DNA of 64,000 nt from Chloroflexota bacterium (GTDB lineage: Bacteria; Chloroflexota; UBA11872; VXNJ01): assembly GCA_965261345.1 (NCBI GenBank), contig OZ253449.1:2304001-2368000 (forward strand), in the 5' to 3' direction. A program made the translations under genes and the position numbers. Positions within the stretch are counted from its first letter, which is position 1. Each line of letters opens with the position of its first letter. The notes beneath the pieces were generated by a model. The model was given only the letters and a program-made list of their open reading frames with translations, was not told the DNA's origin and made no database searches. This document shows, piece by piece, positions 57,725 to 64,000 of this stretch.

Positions 57725-58886
57725 CGTCGGTGTGTTCGATCACCTCCGCCCTGGCGCCGGCGTAGCTGGGGCGCTGCTTTGAGGGCAGGAGCTGAATGCC
57801 CTGCCACTTGTACCTGACGGTGTTATCACGGGCGACCCGGCGGGAGTGTCTAAAGCAGAGCACTCCGTCAAGGTCGATGTCGGGATCTGGGTGGCGGAAG
57901 ACGTTCTGCGGTTGGGCTGGTGCCACCGCGAACTGCTGGTTGAAGCGCTCTACGAACCGGGAGAGCAGGTAATTGGCGGCGGCAATGCTCCTTGCCCCAT
58001 CCAGGCGCAGCTTAAGTCACCAGGCGATCCTGGAAGGTTCCGCAGGCACGTTCGACTCTCCCTTTTGCCTGTGGTGAGCTGGCAAATATCAGCCGTATCC
58101 CCAGCTGCCCCATCGCCCGCGCGAATTGGGTCGCGCCCTCGGCCTTTGCCGGTTCGGCAGAGCGCAACGAGGGCACGAATACGCTGTGACGATCACTGTA
58201 GAGCGCCAACGGGATGCCGTGATCTCTGATCAGGTCGCTTAGCAACTCAAAGTAGCCGCAGGCATCCTCATCGGGCCAGAAAGCGCGCCGCCAACACCTT
58301 GCCGGTGGCATCATCTATGGCCAGGTGCAGGGTAAACAGGGGAAAGTCATCACCCAGCCAGCGGTGATGGCTGCCGTCAATCTGGACCAGCATCCCTTCG
58401 GAGGGCATACGCTCCCTTCTTACCCGGTGGCGGGGCGGGCGCCGGCGCCGCGGGCTTCTGATTCCGGCCGCCGCCAGGATCCGGCGAAGGGTCTGCCGAC
58501 CGATCTCGATTCCCTCCCTCTCGCAGAGCAGCTGGGCTAGGTGGGTGTGATTTACATCCTGGTAACGGGTCTGGGCCAGTGCGATCACCCTGGCGGCGAC
58601 ATCCGGTGGAGTTGCGTTCCCCGGCCGGCGGCCGCGGTTGCCGTGACTTAAGGCTTGCTCGCCGCGGCTGCGGTAAGCGGCCAGCAATCGATAGAACTGG
58701 CGGCCGCTGAGGCCGAGCAGGGTCGCCGCCTGCTGGGAATCGATCTGCCTGGCAAGGAAGCAATCAAGGATTTGCCGGCGTGCTGGCGGGAACTGCTCGA
58801 CCAATGTCATGGGTCCCTACTGTTGAAGAAAAGACTGACATTTTCCTTGAGCAGTTAACCACTGACGGAATCGCTGAGCAATAACA
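57725..58886 (-). mobile_element. ISNCY (IS1202-like) element, frameshifted and 3'-truncated
   Basis: HGNRGR, QIDGSHHRW, IDDATG, YSDRHS and PQAKGRVER. The end reads TGTTATTGCTCAGCGA with a repeated TGCTCA...GTCA motif. Confidence 0.85.
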
Positions 58887-59083
58887 CATTGACAAGCGAA
58901 TGGTCTTGAAGGAAAACAGCACTTCAGAGGGCTTGCCTGGAGAATCTTTCGAGAACTCAACACGATTGCCTAGGTCAAAAATTGGCAATTCGGGATTCTG
59001 AATCAAGTCAGTTGTTTCACCCCGGTTGCGCGCGAGAACTACCCACCGGACCAAGCAATTCAGTTCCTTAAGGACTTTCGTTT

Positions 59084-60025
59084 ATGGCTTCGTTTCCAGA
59101 CAAATGCCCGCTTTGGGGACCTGAATTCTCTGCACGGGTTTCAGCGCGTAGTAGACAAGGTCGAATCGATGTTGAATCGCCCCGAACAGGGGGGTGCTTC
59201 TGCTCAGACAAGGATGTGTTAAGCAATTTGCATGAGTTGAGCAAACGAGAAAAAGCAAAACTAACGACTTGGCTCATCGAAAGGAGGAGGCAAGGAGAAG
59301 ATTGGCCGCGGATTACTCAAGATGTAATCGACGCGGTGGCGCGAACAAACCCGTTGCCTGTTTACACCCGGGCTGATCGTTTGCTGCAGCATTTGAGCGA
59401 AATTACTACCGAATTTGGAATGCCATTGTCGGCACCGTTTAAACCGTACGTGGCCCATGCGATCTCAGAGTCAACTAGTGATCGCGAAGTTGGATTTCTT
59501 CGCGATTTTCTCGCCGATCGCGGCTGGATATTGGACAAACCTGGTTGGTCGGGCATGGATACAGCGCTTAAAGTCGACGGCTTGGCTCGGGTGGAACAAT
59601 TGACCGTCAACGCAGATTCTCCCCAGGCGTTTGTAGCAATGTGGATAGATTCGTCATTGGACAGCGCATATGTCGATGGATTCAAGCCCGCAATTGAGGA
59701 TTGCGGTTACGTGGCGATGAGGATTGACCAAAAGCCCGATGTCGACAAATTAGACGATGAAATCATCGCTGAGATACGGCGTTCGCGATTTGTCGTGGCT
59801 GATTTGTCTCAAGACAATAAAGGCGCGCGCGGAAGCGTTTATTTTGAAGCCGGGTTCGCAATGGGAACGGGTTTACCAGTTATCTTTACTTGTCATAAAG
59901 AATGGGACGACGATTTTCATTTTGACATTCGACAGTACGCGCACATTGTGTGGGACTCGTCGGACAATCTCCGAAAATCGTTAAGTGCCCGAATCTCGGC
60001 ACGACCGCGATGGGCCCGGTATTGA
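59084..60025 (+). CDS. wHTH-like plus nucleoside 2-deoxyribosyltransferase/TIR-like domain protein
   Basis: C-terminal AFVAMW...IRRSRFVVADL...VYFEAGFAMG...HFDIRQY; helical N-terminal and middle region. Confidence 0.75.
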   Translation: MASFPDKCPLWGPEFSARVSARSRQGRIDVESPRTGGCFCSDKDVLSNLHELSKREKAKLTTWLIERRRQGEDWPRITQDVIDAVARTNPLPVYTRADRLLQHLSEITTEFGMPLSAPFKPYVAHAISESTSDREVGFLRDFLADRGWILDKPGWSGMDTALKVDGLARVEQLTVNADSPQAFVAMWIDSSLDSAYVDGFKPAIEDCGYVAMRIDQKPDVDKLDDEIIAEIRRSRFVVADLSQDNKGARGSVYFEAGFAMGTGLPVIFTCHKEWDDDFHFDIRQYAHIVWDSSDNLRKSLSARISARPRWARY

Positions 60026-61334
60026 TGGGTGAGTGACCTTTTCGCAATGACGGATCGGGCCCGGCCGGGTATGTCGGCACCGCTCTTCTCTACCGATTCC
60101 AATTCATCCACCCACTGTTACCTGCTAAAGGAGGCGTTTCCGCATCGCCACGTGAGGGATGTCCGTTGATGATGGCCATCAGAGATCGGACAGAGACGGA
60201 CATCAGTTAGTGGATAGGCAAGTGACGATGTCAATAGACTTTGCCGCTCAAACTGTCCAGCGAACAGAAGCTAGTGGCCACCCACACCCGCGGACTTAAA
60301 CGTCAGTTAGAGGGGCCCGCATGGGTTCTGCAGCAGACCCCTATATAGACATAGGTTCTCTTCTGGAATTAAGCGACGTTTGAGTAATGTCACCCGGGCC
60401 GAAGCGAAGTCTTAATTCAGCAGGGGGCTGTTACTAGTTTGCTGCGTGCTGATCAATTGCCGACGGAGCCAAGCCGTCTGGCGACCGAGCCGCCGCAGAA
60501 CCGGATACGCCGCGAGGGGGCCATCATCCGGCAAGAATTAGGCGAGCCCGTTCACTGACATTTTTGCTGGACCGTTGGACTGACAAAGTCGCCGAGCAAC
60601 GACACGGAAGTGGGGATTTTCATTTCGCCGGGATTTCTGATTGGACTAAATATTCAATTAACTGTTGGCTATGCACAAGGGGTAACCGGAGTTGCCCGAA
60701 GCGGTGGTCGACTGCGAAACGATCCGATCGGCCGATCTTAATGCGAATGGTACCCGAGCGCAATGGCATCAACGGAAGCGTTAAGGCATTGCGCTCATTG
60801 GTCGACTGGACTCGGTCTCCGGATTTCGAATCTGTAGCGGAATTGGGTTTCGCCCGATAGTTGTAACTTGCCGTTTAACGCCCTACTGCGTGGAGACAAT
60901 AACCTAAGCCTGCCCATTGTGGTCCCGGCCTTGAAATGCCCTCCCTAGGCCGCTTTCGGGTTACCAAACCCTCTGGTAGTAAACGGTCTGACCGGGGCCG
61001 CATTGACCGCAAGGCGGCAGTCGATCACTGTCGTCGTCGAGGGTTACTTGCCATGTGGTGCACGTAGTGCAGCGATAAGTGCCTTTGCCAGGTTTTGATC
61101 CAATGGGGTACAAATGAGTCCTCCAAGATGAATATTGGGTAACAAATAAATGTCACGTTTGGGTGCTAACGCCGTCGCATCTAAAACGGAATCCGCGTTC
61201 GCTCTGCGCTTCAGTCCTCCTTCTTTGGCCGCGGTGGTGAAAACGGATTGGCAGTGAGTGCGATTGCGTTAACATGATAATAGCACGGGCACGTGGCGAC
61301 TTTGAAATTGGGCACGGTCTAGTGAGGGTGGAAA

Positions 61335-61931
61335 GTGCAAATATCAACCATTGCCGATATTAAGCCAGGATTGTCAACGTCTGGAAGGGCGGCAGGCAGC
61401 CGCCGTGGCGACTGGGAGCTCCGCATCGTAGAAAGCGCCGACATAGTTGAGGACTGTTTGCAACTCAGCGGGCTCCGCAAAATAATGGTCGTGCGCAGCA
61501 CGCGGGCCGAAAAGCACCTCCTTAAGCCATTTGACTTGCTCGTAACTGCACGCTCCCCGGCGGTAAAGGTCGCATTGGTCCCGCCTGGCGTAACTCGGAC
61601 TGTCGCGTCATCGACTTTGCTCGTCCTGCGCACTCCTGACCCGGGTTCCGGATTGGCGCACTTCCTCTGGTTCTACCTCTCATCGACGCACGGTCGGGCT
61701 CAGATAGCGGCCAGATTCACGAAAACATTTTTGCCGGCGCTATCGGCGAAAGCGCTCGGTGAATTGAGAATTCGGTTGCCTGGGCTCATTGAACTTCAAC
61801 GCTTGGCCGACCTGATTGATGCGGCCGAAATCTCGCGCATTACAGCAATTGAGGCCGCGCGCATCAGACATGGCGTGATTCGCGATGCTGTCATCGGCGC
61901 GATCACGGCGCCGGCCTATGAAAGGTGTTAA
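61335..61931 (+). CDS. Half-size HsdS-like protein (single TRD)
   Basis: LKPFDLLVTAR, FLWFYL, LGELRIRLP and LQRLA followed by a helical tail; abuts hsdM. Confidence 0.65.
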   Translation: MQISTIADIKPGLSTSGRAAGSRRGDWELRIVESADIVEDCLQLSGLRKIMVVRSTRAEKHLLKPFDLLVTARSPAVKVALVPPGVTRTVASSTLLVLRTPDPGSGLAHFLWFYLSSTHGRAQIAARFTKTFLPALSAKALGELRIRLPGLIELQRLADLIDAAEISRITAIEAARIRHGVIRDAVIGAITAPAYERC

Positions 61932-61933
61932 CC

Positions 61934-63466
61934 ATGCCGCTTGAAAACAAGGAATTGGAATCAAAACTCTGGGGAGCCGCCGACATCCTCAGAGGCCAGA
62001 TCGACTCCAGCGACTACAAAAACTACATCTTCTCGATGCTTTTCTTAAAGCGGCTTAGCGACCGCTTCACCGAGGAGGTCGAGCGTGCCGTCGCCGACGG
62101 CCAGCCCCGTCAAGTGGCCTTGCTCGACCCCGATGAGCACGAGTTCTACGTTCCACCCGAAGCCCGTTGGAGTGAGATCGTCAGTCAGGCGATGAACCTC
62201 GGCGAGGTCGTCAACCGAGCCAGCGCCGAAATCGAGGAAGCCAACGCACCCCGGCTCGACGGCGTCCTGCGTAACACGAACTGGAATGACGAGTCCAAAC
62301 TCGGCAACCCTATCAGTCGCGACCGAATAATCAGTAGACTACTGCGGCATTTCGATGCCCTTGACTTGAGCGACGCGAACCTGACAAGTGAGGGTGCCCA
62401 CGGCGCCGTCAACGTATTGGGCGATGCCTATGAGTACCTAATTAACAAATTTGCCGATGATGCCGGCAAGAAGGGCGGCGAGTTTTACACTCCCCGATCG
62501 GTAGTTGGTTTGATCGTGGAACTGCTGGAACCAACCGAAGGCATGCGCATATGCGATCCCACCGCCGGGTCTGCGGGCATGCTTATTTACGCAGCTCAGT
62601 ACGTCGCCAAGCAAGGCGGCAATTCGCGGAATCTGGTGCTGCACGGTCAAGAACGCAACCTCGGAACGCTCGCCATCGGCAAGCTGAACCTGTTGTTGCA
62701 CAGTCTGCGCTCCGCCCGTTTCGAGGGCGGTGATGTCATCTTGGACCCGCAGTTACGGGACCAGGACGGTCGCCTGTTTTCCTATGACCGCGTCATCGCC
62801 AATCCGCCCTTCAGCCTAAAGGAGTGGGGGCGCGATTTTGCCCCCAACGACCCCCATCACCGTTTCGACCGTTTCGGCGCGATTCCGCCGAAAACCAGGG
62901 GAGACCTCGCATTCCTCCAGCACATGCTCGCTGTTACCAACGCGGATGGGATGGTAGGAGTGGTGATGCCGCACGGCATCCTCTTTAGAGTTGGTACAGA
63001 GGGCACGATCCGCAAGGGCATCGTCCAGGCCGACCTGTTTGAGGCAGTCATCGGGTTAGCGCCCAATCTTTTCTATGGCGCCAGCATCCCTGTCGCCGTC
63101 TGCATCCTCAACAAAAGCAAACCCCCCGAGCGGCGTGGGAAGGTCCTATTCATCGACGCTGCTCAACCAGATTACTTCCGCTCGGGCAAGGCGCAGAACC
63201 ACCTTGATCAGGCACACGTGGCGAGCATCGTCGAGGCGTTTCGCACCTTTAAAGAAATCGAGCGCTTTGCGCATGTGGCGGACCTCGCGGAGATCGCCGC
63301 CAACGACCACAACCTGAACATCAGTCGCTATGTCGACACCACCGAGCCGGTCGAGGTCATAAGCGTCAAGGACGCACTGGCGCAGCTCCGCGAGGCGGAG
63401 CGGAAGCGTGACGAGGCGGCTGCCCACATGGACGAGTTGCTTGCGGAGCTGGGCTATGGCCGGTAG
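61934..63466 (+). CDS. hsdM: Type I restriction-modification methyltransferase subunit M
   Basis: LWGAADILRG, GEFYTP, DPTAGSAG, NPPF and NLNISRYV. Confidence 0.96.
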   Translation: MPLENKELESKLWGAADILRGQIDSSDYKNYIFSMLFLKRLSDRFTEEVERAVADGQPRQVALLDPDEHEFYVPPEARWSEIVSQAMNLGEVVNRASAEIEEANAPRLDGVLRNTNWNDESKLGNPISRDRIISRLLRHFDALDLSDANLTSEGAHGAVNVLGDAYEYLINKFADDAGKKGGEFYTPRSVVGLIVELLEPTEGMRICDPTAGSAGMLIYAAQYVAKQGGNSRNLVLHGQERNLGTLAIGKLNLLLHSLRSARFEGGDVILDPQLRDQDGRLFSYDRVIANPPFSLKEWGRDFAPNDPHHRFDRFGAIPPKTRGDLAFLQHMLAVTNADGMVGVVMPHGILFRVGTEGTIRKGIVQADLFEAVIGLAPNLFYGASIPVAVCILNKSKPPERRGKVLFIDAAQPDYFRSGKAQNHLDQAHVASIVEAFRTFKEIERFAHVADLAEIAANDHNLNISRYVDTTEPVEVISVKDALAQLREAERKRDEAAAHMDELLAELGYGR

Positions 63467-63925
63467 CGAGGGCATGGCCCTCCCCGCCGGTTGGGAAATC
63501 GTACGTTTGGGGGATGTGGCAGAGGTGGTGATGGGTCAGTCTCCGCCAGGGGAAGCAGTACTTGATTGGGACGGTGAATCTACCGAGGATGATGGGCTAC
63601 CGTTTATTCAGGGCAATGCTGAATTTGGAAGTAAATCTCCCCAACCGCTGAAATGGTGCGTCGATCCATCGAAAGTAGTTGACTCCGCCGACTTGTTGAT
63701 CAGTGTGAGGGCGCCCGTGGGTCAAACAAATCGAGCTGATCAGCTACTCGCCATTGGCCGGGGCCTTGCCGGAATCCGATTCACCGGCGCGTATCAACCC
63801 TTCGGTTGGCATGTCCTTAACCATGCCAAACGAGATTTTGAACGTGTTGCTCAGGGAAGCACATTCGGGGCGATAGGCGGCACGGAACTTCGATCTCTTT
63901 CGCTGGCACTTCCACCCCTACCTGA
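63456..63925 (+). pseudogene. hsdS: Type I R-M specificity subunit S, interrupted after the first TRD
   Basis: LPAGWEIVRLGDV, GQSP, SVRAPVG, IGRGLA, QGSTF and LPPLP, then an abrupt switch to IS-end-like sequence. Confidence 0.85.
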
Positions 63926-64000
63926 TGACGTGGACCCTTCTATTGGTACCAGGACGAATGTGATTAATCTGGTTCCATAAGAAAGGGACATTCATGGCGA
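63926..64000 (+). mobile_element. Probable left end of an IS3-family element
   Basis: TGACGTGGACCC... terminus followed by an RBS-like AGAAAGGGA and ATG at 63994; runs off the window. Confidence 0.55.

Noticed and set aside
58886-58930. Possible Xer site next to the IS1202-like end (some members target xrs sites)
   Set aside because: No dif-like sequence is adjacent to the surviving end.

Overview
GC-rich bacterial window. The host is probably Chloroflexota, possibly host-associated; this is inferred from the gene repertoire and the C-terminal domain of the giant protease. It has three zones. (1) 1.2-12 kb: a giant secreted kexin-type S8 protease (PPC-like domains, catalytic and P domains, 14 FN3 repeats), broken by a +1 frameshift and an IS256 insertion. 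It is preceded by a small exported protein that looks like a separately encoded propeptide or chaperone. (2) 12-51.7 kb: a patchwork of intact single metabolic genes alternating with eroded fragments of unrelated genes (mnmE, panC, ctaA, DSD1, SDR, MFS, ABC). It also holds IS21, IS256 and IS481 elements and at least three dif-like 11-6-11 bp sites. (3) From the dif-like site at 51775: a lower-GC defence island. It contains an MT-A70 methyltransferase paired with a nuclease-DGQHR-HEPN protein, a GIY-YIG pseudogene, an IS110/IS3/ISNCY pile-up, a wHTH-NDT/TIR-like protein, and a type I R-M locus whose hsdS is cut by an IS3-like element at the window edge. The best candidates for new biology are the MT-A70 plus nuclease-DGQHR-HEPN module and the multiple dif-like sites that may drive cassette accretion. 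All calls come from reading motifs by eye; no database searches were run.
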